Assembly: GCA_965207065.1 (NCBI GenBank)
Contig: OZ242260.1
Coordinates: 4,256,001 to 4,320,000, forward strand
DNA length: 64,000 nt
Direction of reading: 5' to 3'
Origin: a bacterium
Lineage (GTDB): Bacteria > UBA8248
Positions 22,647 to 32,296 of this stretch are shown here, piece after piece. Every line of letters starts with the position of its first letter. Within the stretch, counting starts at the first letter, position 1. Both the position numbers and the translations under genes were made by a program. The notes beneath the pieces are model-generated. The model had not been told where the DNA came from. It did not search any database and was given only the letters and a program-made list of their open reading frames with translations.

Positions 22647-24644
22647 TTGGGCCTTCGTATCTCCATAGGGGCGATTATCGCCGTCCTCCTTGGCGGTGGT
22701 GGATACTTCGCCCAGCAATCCCAATCGACAAAAAGTCTGCTCCAACAACGAGAGGCTGAACTCCTAAAAGAAAAAGAGAGTTCCGCCAAGCTCAAAAGCG
22801 ACATCCTCCGCTTCAAAAACCTAGATCAAAAGATGAAGGGTCTGGAGTCACAACTCGCAGACGTGAGCACTTCCGCCAAGACGCGGATGGAAGAGTTGAG
22901 CAAACTCGTCACCGAGAAAAACGCCGCAATCTTGCAGGAGAAAGCCAAACTTCTGAGCCTCGCGACCGCTCTCGAAGAAAACCAGGCTACCCTCGACAAT
23001 GAGCGCAAGGCGCGCGCCGAGGCGACGAGCCGACTCATCGCGGAGAAAAACGCAGCCACCAAGCAGGAAAAAGCAAAAATCCGAAACCTCGAAACCACAC
23101 TCGACATCCTCAACAGCACGCTCAATAACGAGCGTAAGATTCGAACCGAAGAAGCGAACCGACTCATCGCAGAGAAAAGCGCCGGCATCAAGCAGGAAAA
23201 AGCAAGAATCCGAAACCTCGCGGCCACGCTCGACATCCTCAACGGCTCGCTCGAAAATGAGCGCAAGGCCCGCGCCGAGGCGGAAAAGGCGAACACACAA
23301 AACAGCGAACTGGCGGCCAACCAGGCCGAAGAGATAAAGCGTCTCGAAACTCAGGCCAAAGAGACGAGCCGACTCATCGAGGAGAGAAACGCCAGGCTCG
23401 AACAGGAAAAAACGAAAGCCCGAAAATTCGAAATCGCTCTCAAACAACTCCAGGCGAACCTCAAGAGCGACCGCAAAACACAGGCGTTGGTCGACAAATT
23501 GAGCCGACAAAGCATCGAGTTCGCAGCCGTCCGGGCCAGAGAGATTAAACGCCTTGAAAGAGTCCGGGGAATTCTTGAAGCCCAGGTCCTGAGAATGGAC
23601 AAGCTCATCGCTTCCGAACAGAAAGAAGCGAAAAAAAATGACATCACCGCTAAAACCAAACCAGCAGCAACAACAGCAAAGGTGAAAGCGTTAAATGGCG
23701 AACTCGCGAGAAAACGAGCCGAGGAAATCGCCCGCCTCGATAAAACCAGAACGCTCCTCAAGACCCAGGTTCAGGAAATGGGGCGGCTGATTGCGGAGAA
23801 AAACGCCGGCATCGCGCGTGAAAAAACAAAAGCGCAAAGCCTTGAACTCGCGCTCAACCAAATCCGCACAAGCCTCGACAACGAGCGCCAGACGCGGGTG
23901 AAGTCGGAAAAAGCGAATGCGCGAAACGCAGAACTCGCGAGAATAAGAGCCGAAGAGATAGGGCGCCTCACGAAAGCCAGGGAGCTTCAAAAGGCGCAGA
24001 TACAGGAAATGAGCCAACTCATCGGCGAGAAAACCTCCGTGGCCGATCTCATCAAGAACAAGCTGGATCAGACGAACCTGAGCCTGGCGGAAACGATCAA
24101 AAAACACACGCTTGCGATCGCGCGCTCGAAAGTCCTGGAGAAAAGAGCGAGCGAAGAGGCCGAACGGGCGAAAAGGCTGGAAGCAGACCTGAACGAGTTG
24201 GACGCCAAACTGAAAAAACAGACCGTCAATCTGGAGCAGACGAGAGACCAACTCCGCGTCACCTTCGTAAACAGTCTTTTGTTTGATTCGGGAAGCGCCA
24301 CACTCAAGGGAAAAGGTATTGAGGCGCTCTCGACAGTTGCGGATTTTCTGCAGAAACAAAAAGACAAGATGATCCGAATAGAAGGGCATACGGACAATAA
24401 ACCCATCAAAGGCAATCTACTCGATCGCTATCCCTCGAACTGGGAACTCTCGTTCGCGCGTTCCATTGCCATCGTGAAATTTCTGGAATCGAAAAACATA
24501 TCGCCCGCGCGCATGTCGGCGACCGGCCTTTCGTTTTACCGTCCCGTAGCGAGCAACGACACGGATGAAGGCCGCGCCAGGAACCGGCGAACTGTCATCC
24601 TGCTAGACAGCCCACGTCCGACGGTGGAAAGGGCAGTTCGCTAG
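22647..24644 (+). CDS. Membrane-anchored long coiled-coil repeat protein with C-terminal OmpA/MotB peptidoglycan-binding domain
   Basis: N-terminal TM helix; 43-aa repeats; LFDSGSA, IEGHTDN, NWELSFARS, GRARNRR. Confidence 0.88.
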   Translation: MGLRISIGAIIAVLLGGGGYFAQQSQSTKSLLQQREAELLKEKESSAKLKSDILRFKNLDQKMKGLESQLADVSTSAKTRMEELSKLVTEKNAAILQEKAKLLSLATALEENQATLDNERKARAEATSRLIAEKNAATKQEKAKIRNLETTLDILNSTLNNERKIRTEEANRLIAEKSAGIKQEKARIRNLAATLDILNGSLENERKARAEAEKANTQNSELAANQAEEIKRLETQAKETSRLIEERNARLEQEKTKARKFEIALKQLQANLKSDRKTQALVDKLSRQSIEFAAVRAREIKRLERVRGILEAQVLRMDKLIASEQKEAKKNDITAKTKPAATTAKVKALNGELARKRAEEIARLDKTRTLLKTQVQEMGRLIAEKNAGIAREKTKAQSLELALNQIRTSLDNERQTRVKSEKANARNAELARIRAEEIGRLTKARELQKAQIQEMSQLIGEKTSVADLIKNKLDQTNLSLAETIKKHTLAIARSKVLEKRASEEAERAKRLEADLNELDAKLKKQTVNLEQTRDQLRVTFVNSLLFDSGSATLKGKGIEALSTVADFLQKQKDKMIRIEGHTDNKPIKGNLLDRYPSNWELSFARSIAIVKFLESKNISPARMSATGLSFYRPVASNDTDEGRARNRRTVILLDSPRPTVERAVR

Positions 24645-24663
24645 CATTTTCGGGAATAGCAGG

Positions 24664-25917
24664 CTAAATCTTCAGGACCGCCTTAAGTTCGGAGCCGAGT
24701 TCCCGCTCCGCGATCACGGCGGCGGTGAGTCCCTCTTCCAGAAAAACCTCATTGGCTACGCGCTGAATATCTTCCTCATTCACGGAGTCGATATCCGCCA
24801 GTTCTTCCTCCACGGGGTAAATGCTGCCCCGTAGCATGAGGTTCGAACCGTTCCGGCCCGCATGGTATTGCGAACTCTCGTGTATCTGGAGATTTCCCTT
24901 GATGTGGCGCTTCGCTTCCGCGAGTTCCTGCTCCGCAACGGGTTCGCTCTTGAATTTGCCCGTTTCGGAGAGCATCACCTCGGTCGCCTCCACCGCCTTC
25001 TCAAGAGCCACGCCCGCTTTCAGCTCAACCATACCCGCATCGGTGTAACGGTGCGGTGCTGCGCCCACGCTGTAGGCGAGCCCCCGCTTTTCGCGCACTT
25101 CGGTGAACAACCGGCTGCTCATCTTCCCGCCCAGTATGTTGCACATCACGCGGAGGGGGGCGGCGTCTTCGTGATTCAGGCCGAAAGCGCGAAACCCCAT
25201 CGCGAGGTTCACCTGATCCGTCTGGCGGGCCTGATCCACGATTTTGGCTTTGCTCTCTTCCGGCAAACCGGGAGATTGGGGCTTCTCCTCGCTGCCGGCT
25301 CGTTCCCCGAAGTGTCGTTCGGACAACTCCAGTACATCTTCGTGTTTCACGCCGCCCGCCACGGAGATGACCGTGTTGCCGGGGGTGTACCATTTCTCTA
25401 TCAACTCGCGCATATGCTCGGGTTCGATCGCGTTGATGGTATCGCGGTTGCCGATCACGCCCATCTGCAGGTTGTAGACGTTGGTCTCCAGCATATCCGA
25501 CACCCAGATACGCGGCATGTCCTCATACATCTTCAACTCTTCGAGGATGACCATCCGCTCCCGGTCCCACTCTTCCTTGTCCAGCAGGCAGTTGTTCACC
25601 GCATCCGCATAGACTTCCAGCACGGTGGCGAATGCATCGGCCGGCGCCGTGAAGTGATAGCAAGTGCGCTCGGGCGCGGTGTTGGCGTTGATGGACGCGC
25701 CGTTTCCTTCCATCTCGCGCGCGATGTCGAGCGTCGTTCTCGTAGGCGTGCCCTTGAAGACCATATGCTCCAGCGCATGGGAGACGCCCACCACCTCGTC
25801 GCGCTCATGCCGGCCGCCGCAGCCAAAATAGATATGGAACGCCACGGCCGCCGATTCCGCCCGTTCGGCCGTCACCAGACGTATCCCGTTGGAAAGTTTG
25901 TCCTCGACGATCTTCAT
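24664..25917 (-). CDS. M16 (pitrilysin) family zinc peptidase
   Basis: HALEH inverted zinc motif, SSRLFTEVREKRGLAY. Confidence 0.93.
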   Translation of the reverse strand: MKIVEDKLSNGIRLVTAERAESAAVAFHIYFGCGGRHERDEVVGVSHALEHMVFKGTPTRTTLDIAREMEGNGASINANTAPERTCYHFTAPADAFATVLEVYADAVNNCLLDKEEWDRERMVILEELKMYEDMPRIWVSDMLETNVYNLQMGVIGNRDTINAIEPEHMRELIEKWYTPGNTVISVAGGVKHEDVLELSERHFGERAGSEEKPQSPGLPEESKAKIVDQARQTDQVNLAMGFRAFGLNHEDAAPLRVMCNILGGKMSSRLFTEVREKRGLAYSVGAAPHRYTDAGMVELKAGVALEKAVEATEVMLSETGKFKSEPVAEQELAEAKRHIKGNLQIHESSQYHAGRNGSNLMLRGSIYPVEEELADIDSVNEEDIQRVANEVFLEEGLTAAVIAERELGSELKAVLKI

Positions 25918-25970
25918 GAGGTCTCCTGAACGGGAAAAAGAGCAAGCTTTTCCCGATTGATTTTTTTTAT

Positions 25971-26057
25971 TGGTGCCGGAGAGAGGACTTGAACCTCCAC
26001 GGGCCGAAGCCCACTAGAACCTGAATCTAGCGCGTCTACCAGTTCCGCCACTCCGGC
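25971..26057 (-). tRNA. tRNA-Leu (anticodon CAG)
   Basis: GCCGGAG acceptor stem, D-loop GGAACTGGTAGAC, anticodon arm CTAGA-TTCAGGT-TCTAG, long variable arm, GGTTCAAGTCC, encoded CCA. Confidence 0.97.
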
Positions 26058-26203
26058 GAGAAGAATGGTAGTCACTTCCTATATCGGGGGGCGAATGCGT
26101 TGTCAAGGATTCGAGTCGATGAATAAAACTATCTCGTCATTTGATATAGTCGGAAGAAGGTAAGACGACCTCGAAAACAGGTTCCGGCAAAGAGTGGAAA
26201 GAT

Positions 26204-26449
26204 ATGCGCAAAATAACGTTTTATACGCGAAACGAGTGTCATCTATGCCACGAGGCGAAAGCGGCGATAATGCGGCACTTCCCGAACCTCGCGATTGAAG
26301 AGGTCGACGTGGATACGGATCCCGAACTAACCCGCCTCCACGGCGAGGAAGTGCCGGTCGGCTATCTGGGGGAAACCAAGGTTTTCAAGTATCACCTGGA
26401 CGTCAAGCGGTTGCGCCGCCTGCTCGATGAGACAGAACCGCAGGCATGA
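26204..26449 (+). CDS. Glutaredoxin-like protein (DUF836-like)
   Basis: FYTRNECHLC, VDVDTDPEL..GEEVPV. Confidence 0.85.
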   Translation: MRKITFYTRNECHLCHEAKAAIMRHFPNLAIEEVDVDTDPELTRLHGEEVPVGYLGETKVFKYHLDVKRLRRLLDETEPQA

Positions 26450-27072
26450 GCCTGCTCGCCTTTTACGGATTCATCACCGTCATCTCCCTGAGCGGCGTCA
26501 TGTCGCCGGGACCTCTGACGGCGTTCCTCATTTCGCGCGGCAGGCAAAGCCCCTGGGCCGGAATCTGGGTGACTTTCGGACACGCACTCGCTGAGGTTCC
26601 GCTCATCATCGCCTTGTACGCGGGGCTTCAGCCTTTTTTTGAAATTCAGGGGATACGCGAGGGCGTCTCCCTCCTGGGCGGGGGCGTTCTCATCTACCTG
26701 GGAAGCGGCGTGTTCCGGAGTTTCCGGTCCACCGCGCCCGAAGAAAAGAGCATCTTAGAGTGCAACTCCCTCACCGGCGGCGTCCTGCTTACGGTTCTGA
26801 ATCCCTACTGGGTTTTGTGGTGGCTCACCATCGGCGCGAGCCTCATCGCGCGAACGAGCGAATTCGGGTGGCTGGCCGGTCTCGTGGGCATGACGGTCGT
26901 TCACCTGCTGGCGGATGGGATATGGGCCGTATTCATCACGTGGTCATCGAACCAGGGAAGCCGCATGATCGGCGAAACCGGGTGGATGAGAATCGAACAA
27001 GGCTGCGCGTGGGTGATGCTGGGCTTCGGGGTATTTTTCGTTTACGACGGGCTGACGGGGATTCTGGCCTAA
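26446..27072 (+). CDS. LysE-family translocator
   Basis: SPGP motif, GHALAE, NPYWVLWW; hydrophobic. Confidence 0.88.
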   Translation: MSLLAFYGFITVISLSGVMSPGPLTAFLISRGRQSPWAGIWVTFGHALAEVPLIIALYAGLQPFFEIQGIREGVSLLGGGVLIYLGSGVFRSFRSTAPEEKSILECNSLTGGVLLTVLNPYWVLWWLTIGASLIARTSEFGWLAGLVGMTVVHLLADGIWAVFITWSSNQGSRMIGETGWMRIEQGCAWVMLGFGVFFVYDGLTGILA

Positions 27073-28001
27073 ACGCTCAACTTTTTCCGCCCGTTTTCGA
27101 TATCCAGGTGAATTTGCCGAACGAGTTCTTCGGGGCCCGAGAATTTCTTCTCCTCGCGCAGGCGGGAGACGAACTCCACCCGAATGGATTTTCCATACAA
27201 ATCGCCATCCCAATCCAGCAGGTGGGTTTCGAGAGTCACCTCTTTTTTATCGAACGTGGGGCGTTTTCCGATATTCGTTACGGCGGGATACCGCGGGCCT
27301 TCCCTTCCATCGATTTGCACCTGGCAGGCGTACACCCCGTTTTCGGGAATCAGAATGGGCGGATAATCCACGTTGGCCGTCGGTATTCCGATTTGACGGC
27401 CCCGCCCGTCGCCACGAACCACCTTTCCTTCTATCAGATGGTGCTGCCCGAGCCGGCGCGCCGCTTCGTCCACCTCCCCGCCCAGAAGCAGTTTTCGTAT
27501 TTCCGTGCTGCTGACCCGCCTTCCCTCGTACATGTAAGGCTCCAGCACGTGCGTTTCGAACCCGGCGCCGGCCCCTACTTCCTGCAACAGTTCGACGTTT
27601 CCCGCGCGGCCTTTTCCGAATCGGAAATTGAAGCCAACCGCTACCAGCGAGGCTTTGAGTCCATCGCCGATTATCCGCCGAACGAAATCCCGCGCCTCAG
27701 TTTGCGCGAGATCAGGCGTGAACTTCTCGACCACCACGGCGTCGACGTTCTGATCTTCCAGACGGGACAACTTTTCTTCAATGGTCGTCATCAGGGGCGG
27801 GCGTCTTTCGGGGGCGACCACGGACAGGGGGTGCGGCTCGAACGTAAATATGACGCTCCGGCCGCCGCGCCGTGAGGCCTCCTGATTGATGAATCGGCAA
27901 ATCTCCCTGTGGGCGAGATGAACGCCGTCGAAATTCCCGATGCTCAACACCGAGGGAGAATCCTCAGGATCAAAAGCGTCCACTCCCTCAAACACTTCCA
28001 C
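27069..28001 (-). CDS. ribF: Bifunctional riboflavin kinase/FAD synthetase
   Basis: GNFDGVHLAH, TFEPHP, GRQIGIPTAN, NIGKRPT. Confidence 0.97.
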   Translation of the reverse strand: MEVFEGVDAFDPEDSPSVLSIGNFDGVHLAHREICRFINQEASRRGGRSVIFTFEPHPLSVVAPERRPPLMTTIEEKLSRLEDQNVDAVVVEKFTPDLAQTEARDFVRRIIGDGLKASLVAVGFNFRFGKGRAGNVELLQEVGAGAGFETHVLEPYMYEGRRVSSTEIRKLLLGGEVDEAARRLGQHHLIEGKVVRGDGRGRQIGIPTANVDYPPILIPENGVYACQVQIDGREGPRYPAVTNIGKRPTFDKKEVTLETHLLDWDGDLYGKSIRVEFVSRLREEKKFSGPEELVRQIHLDIENGRKKLSV

Positions 28002-28300
28002 CGCTCGCTCACCTCAAAAGAATCGCGCATTGCGCGAAGTAAACCAGAACCGAAGGTTTCTCCCGAAAAGCTTTCTAACAGAGCGCCACGCATTTGCGCA
28101 AGAAAAGATGGAGCAGCGTCCTATCTGCCTAATTTACAAAGAGTAATCGCCGTGGAAGCAAAAACGTATTTCCATTTTCACCCCGATGCGAGTAATATGC
28201 CCCCTTGTTACCGGAAGCCCGGTCTTGGAGATTGGAATGTAAAATCATGGTAAAATCAATTCGCGATTCAAGCCGCCAGTGACGTGGAGCAAGATTGTTC

Positions 28301-29914
28301 ATGAGACCGCCCAAATCGTTTTCTCTGTGTTTCGGTGTGCTGTTCATATTCCTATCTCCTCTCTTCCTCACCCACACCGCCTCGGCTGCGGAAACCGACA
28401 CCTCCGCGGAAACTTCTTTTGATCGCCCGCGCAGCAACGTGCCGCCGCCGGCCATCAAGGGGCCTCGCCTTGCGCTTTCCATACGAGAAGCCGTAAGTAT
28501 CGCCCTGGCGCGCAATTTCGACATCACCATCGCCGGTTTCGACCCCGACATCGCGGAAAGCAACGTCGTCGGGGAACGCTCCGCCTTCGACCCGCAGGCC
28601 TTCGTGGACACGAGTATCAGCAAATCCAAGCTCGGTTCTGCGAACAACGCATTCAACGCGGCCGGGGGCATACGCGATACCGATTCCCTGGGTATCGCGG
28701 CCGGCATCCGCCAACGAATCATCACGGGAGCGGAGTATTCACTCATCCTGCGAAACATCCGGGAATCGACGAACTCTACGCAAAACGCATTCGACCCGAC
28801 CTATCAAACCAGCCTCACTTTCACCATAGAGCAGCCCTTGTTCAAAAATTTCGGCATCGACATCAACCAGGCCAGAATCAAGGTGGCCATGGCCGCGAAG
28901 GAACAAACGCTTCACGCTTACAGAAGCAAGGTCATCCAGACGGTGGACGCGGTGGAGCAAGCCTATTGGGACCTCGTTTTCTATATCCAGAATCGCAAGT
29001 TCAGGCGACAGTCTCTCGTTCTCGCGAAGGACCTGTTGCGCCGGAACAAGATTCAGGTCGAGGTCGGCACCCTCGCCCCGATCGAGATAACGGAGGCGGA
29101 AGCCACCGTCGCCTCCCGTGAAGAAGCCCTTCTCGTGGCGGAGCGCGAAGTCAAAGATCGCGAAGACACTTTGAAAATGCTGCTGAACGTCGCGGACAAA
29201 CCCTCCGCCTGGGGCATCAATATCCAGCCCAGCGATAAACCGGAGTTCAAGGCGGTACAGGTGGACGAGATGCAACTTATGCTCAAAGCCTTGCGCAAGC
29301 ATGCGGCGCTGGAGAGCGCCCGCATCGAAATCGATAAAAGAAAAATCGACATGAAAGTAGCGAAACAAAACCTGCTTCCCGAATTCAACCTGAACGCATC
29401 GGCTTCCAACAACTCACTGGCGGACACTGAAGGGAAGGCTTTTGAGCAGCAATTCAAAAACGAGAGATACTCCTTCTCCGGCGGGGTCTCGTTCCGCATC
29501 CCCATCGGAAACCGGCGAGCGGAGGCGGACTACCGCCAGACGCGACTCCGGCACGCCCAAACGATAGCTTCCTATCATCAAACGCAGCAGACCATCATGG
29601 AAGAAGTACGCCGCAACGCGCGCAGTGTCCGCGTAAACATCAAGCGAGTCGAGGCGACTCGCGTCGCCAGAAGGCTGGCGGAAGAACGCCTCGACGCCCA
29701 GGAGAAAAAATTCAAGGTCGGGCTCTCGACGAGCAGAGACATTCTCGAAGACCAGGATAGGCTGGCCAACTCCCTGACGCAGGAAACCCGGGCGCTCATC
29801 GACTATCACAAATCTCTCGCCTCATTGGATAGGGCGTCCCATTCCACACTCGATCGGTTCCAGATCGAAATGTTCTATCCCGGCGAGGTCAAGGTGAAAA
29901 CAACCACAAAATGA
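28301..29914 (+). CDS. TolC-family outer membrane protein
   Basis: Signal peptide; two OEP-like repeats (VEQAYWDL, FKVGLST). Confidence 0.88.
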   Translation: MRPPKSFSLCFGVLFIFLSPLFLTHTASAAETDTSAETSFDRPRSNVPPPAIKGPRLALSIREAVSIALARNFDITIAGFDPDIAESNVVGERSAFDPQAFVDTSISKSKLGSANNAFNAAGGIRDTDSLGIAAGIRQRIITGAEYSLILRNIRESTNSTQNAFDPTYQTSLTFTIEQPLFKNFGIDINQARIKVAMAAKEQTLHAYRSKVIQTVDAVEQAYWDLVFYIQNRKFRRQSLVLAKDLLRRNKIQVEVGTLAPIEITEAEATVASREEALLVAEREVKDREDTLKMLLNVADKPSAWGINIQPSDKPEFKAVQVDEMQLMLKALRKHAALESARIEIDKRKIDMKVAKQNLLPEFNLNASASNNSLADTEGKAFEQQFKNERYSFSGGVSFRIPIGNRRAEADYRQTRLRHAQTIASYHQTQQTIMEEVRRNARSVRVNIKRVEATRVARRLAEERLDAQEKKFKVGLSTSRDILEDQDRLANSLTQETRALIDYHKSLASLDRASHSTLDRFQIEMFYPGEVKVKTTTK

Positions 29915-30354
29915 GTCACCCCCGAATCATGGGAATGGACTTCGGCGAAAAACGGGTAGGCCTCGCCATCAGCGATTCGCTGGGTCTGACGTCCCAGCCT
30001 CTCGGCCTCATCGAAAGACAAAGCGACGCGCAACTGCTCGACGAGATTAGCAGCAGCATCCGTGAGCATGATGTTCATCTGCTGGTGGTCGGACACCCCA
30101 TCGGACTGTCGAACCGGGATACGGCAAGAGCGAAGCGCACCAGAAGGCTCATGAAATTTTTGCGAAGCAATTTAGATATCCCCGTCGAGAAATGGGATGA
30201 GCGCCTCAGCACGACGCAGGCGGACCGGGTTTTGAATGAAATGGAAACCAAGCCGAGCCGGAAGAAGAAAAAGCGCGACGTCATCGCGGCGCAACTCATC
30301 CTGCAAGCGTACCTGGATCATCAGAACATGAAGCGCTCGATTTCCCATGACTGA
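29911..30354 (+). CDS. ruvX: RuvX/YqgF nuclease
   Basis: GMDFGEKRVGLAISD, WDERLST, D.IAAQLILQAYLD. Confidence 0.93.
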   Translation: MSHPRIMGMDFGEKRVGLAISDSLGLTSQPLGLIERQSDAQLLDEISSSIREHDVHLLVVGHPIGLSNRDTARAKRTRRLMKFLRSNLDIPVEKWDERLSTTQADRVLNEMETKPSRKKKKRDVIAAQLILQAYLDHQNMKRSISHD

Positions 30355-31414
30355 AAACGAAAACTCCGAAGCACAACCCGAAGCGCCGGCATCAACTCCA
30401 CCTAGAGGAAAGGGGCGGTTCTGGAAATTCTTCGTCGCACTCTGCTCGTCCATTATCCTGGTCGGATTTATCGGCTATCAATATCTCGAAAATGATTTCA
30501 ACCGACCCGCAAACACACAAGCGCAAGAAACGAAGAACATCCACGTCCGCCCGGGGATGTCCTTCTCCTCAATCTTAGAATTGCTGGAGAATAGCCGTTT
30601 AATACGAAACCCCGGCTTGTTCCACCTCCAGGCCAGGCTCAGGGGTGGCGCAAAAAGCATACAAGCCGGCGTCTATGAACTCAAAGCATCCATGACGCCG
30701 CGAGAGATATACCGGCATTTATCAGAGGGCAGAGTCGCCCGTCGCACGTTCACCGTTCCCGAGGGCTACAACATCCGGGAAATCGCCCGTACGATCCAGC
30801 GAGTCAATCTCGCCAGTGAGAAAGAAATTCTACGACTCTCCCGGGAACCATCTTTTCTTCGGGAAATGAACATTTCCGCACCTACCATAGAGGGATATCT
30901 ATTCCCCGATACGTATCATTTCCCGGTGGGTGTTAAGGCGAAAAAAATTCTGGGGTTCATGGTTCGCACGATGCGGAGAAAATTTTCGCCCGCTCTCAGA
31001 AAGCAAGCGAAAGCGATGGGATTCACCATCCACCAGACGCTCACCCTGGCCTCGATAATCGAAAAAGAAACTTCCCTGGGCAGGGAACGGCCACTCATCG
31101 CTGCCGTGTTCATCAATCGGCTCAAGCGAAGAATGCGCCTCCAGAGCGACCCCACCGTCATATACGGGCTCCCCCATTTCGACGGAAACATCACCAAGAA
31201 AGATCTGCGATACGATTCACCCTACAACACCTACCTCTACCGGGGCCTTCCCCCGGGGCCCATCGCCAGCCCGGGGCTGGAATCCATCAAATCGGCATTG
31301 AATCCCGCCAAGGTGAAATACCTGTATTTCGTGGCCACCAAGGACGGCGGCCATCAATTTTCCCGCACGTACCGCGAACACCGCCGCGCCGTGAATCGAT
31401 ATCAGCGAAAATAG
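30347..31414 (+). CDS. mltG: Endolytic transglycosylase MltG
   Basis: EGYLFPDTY, LASIIEKE, LQSDPT, SPYNTY..GLPPGPIASPG. Confidence 0.95.
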   Translation: MTENENSEAQPEAPASTPPRGKGRFWKFFVALCSSIILVGFIGYQYLENDFNRPANTQAQETKNIHVRPGMSFSSILELLENSRLIRNPGLFHLQARLRGGAKSIQAGVYELKASMTPREIYRHLSEGRVARRTFTVPEGYNIREIARTIQRVNLASEKEILRLSREPSFLREMNISAPTIEGYLFPDTYHFPVGVKAKKILGFMVRTMRRKFSPALRKQAKAMGFTIHQTLTLASIIEKETSLGRERPLIAAVFINRLKRRMRLQSDPTVIYGLPHFDGNITKKDLRYDSPYNTYLYRGLPPGPIASPGLESIKSALNPAKVKYLYFVATKDGGHQFSRTYREHRRAVNRYQRK

Positions 31415-31570
31415 AGACTGGTTGACCCTGTAATCGAGGTGGTGGCATGATTATCCGCCAGTTACCTGGCGCAAAAGGCTCAAAAGTTCCAAAGATATTT
31501 GAGCGTAGACTGCTGACTCTTATCCTCCTTTCGGCTCATCCAGCGAACGCCCGGACGAGGAACCGAACAC

Positions 31571-32293
31571 ATGGCGACCAAATTACTCCTCCTCGATGAA
31601 AGCCTCCTCGTGCAGCGCGTCGTGGAATTGGCCTTCAGGGACAAAGGGGTCGACGTCCATATAGCGGAGACTGCCGACGAAGCGTTTGAAATCGCGGATA
31701 ATGCGCCGCCGGACATCGTCGTCGCCAGCCTGGATATGGAGAATTCCGACGGCCTGGACTTTTGCCGCCGCCTGCGTGAACAGCCTGATTTATCCCAAGT
31801 GCCTCTCCTCGTTTTAACGAGCACGCGCCAGAGCGTCAGCGACGAGGAAATCCGGGAGGTGCATGCGATAGCAAACATCGAAAAACCGTTCAAACCGGTG
31901 GTGTTTACCGAGGAAGTCGAGCGTATCATCGCTCCTGCGCATAGCGAGTCAACTCAACAGCCTGAAGCGCAGGCGGAGCCCGATTCCCCGGAAAACGGGA
32001 CGGAGGAACCGCCCTCCCCTTCAGTAGAAGTAACAGAGGAACCGGAAGAAACGCTCGGAGAGTCAGAGGTATCTCCGGGCGAAGAAGATGAACAACCTTC
32101 CTCTTCTCAAGCCACGCTCGCTCTCGATAGCGAAACACTCGCGCCTATCATCCAGAAACAACTGGAAGAGGCCGCAGACAAGATTGCCCCCACGCTGCTC
32201 AGCCACATCGAAGACGCCGTGGTGAAACAACTCCCCTATATCGTAGAGAAAATCGTCATTCGAGAAATCGAGAAAATCAAACGCGGAGAATAA
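31571..32293 (+). CDS. Receiver-domain protein with acidic Pro/Glu linker and C-terminal helix (RomR-like)
   Basis: REC fold ending IEKPF; expected phosphoacceptor Asp appears replaced (DIVVAS); tail VEKIVIREIEKIK. Confidence 0.75.
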   Translation: MATKLLLLDESLLVQRVVELAFRDKGVDVHIAETADEAFEIADNAPPDIVVASLDMENSDGLDFCRRLREQPDLSQVPLLVLTSTRQSVSDEEIREVHAIANIEKPFKPVVFTEEVERIIAPAHSESTQQPEAQAEPDSPENGTEEPPSPSVEVTEEPEETLGESEVSPGEEDEQPSSSQATLALDSETLAPIIQKQLEEAADKIAPTLLSHIEDAVVKQLPYIVEKIVIREIEKIKRGE

Positions 32294-32296
32294 CTT

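Noticed and set aside
25971-27072. tRNA-Leu as integration site of an island
   Set aside because: No duplicated tRNA 3' end, integrase or compositional shift noticed
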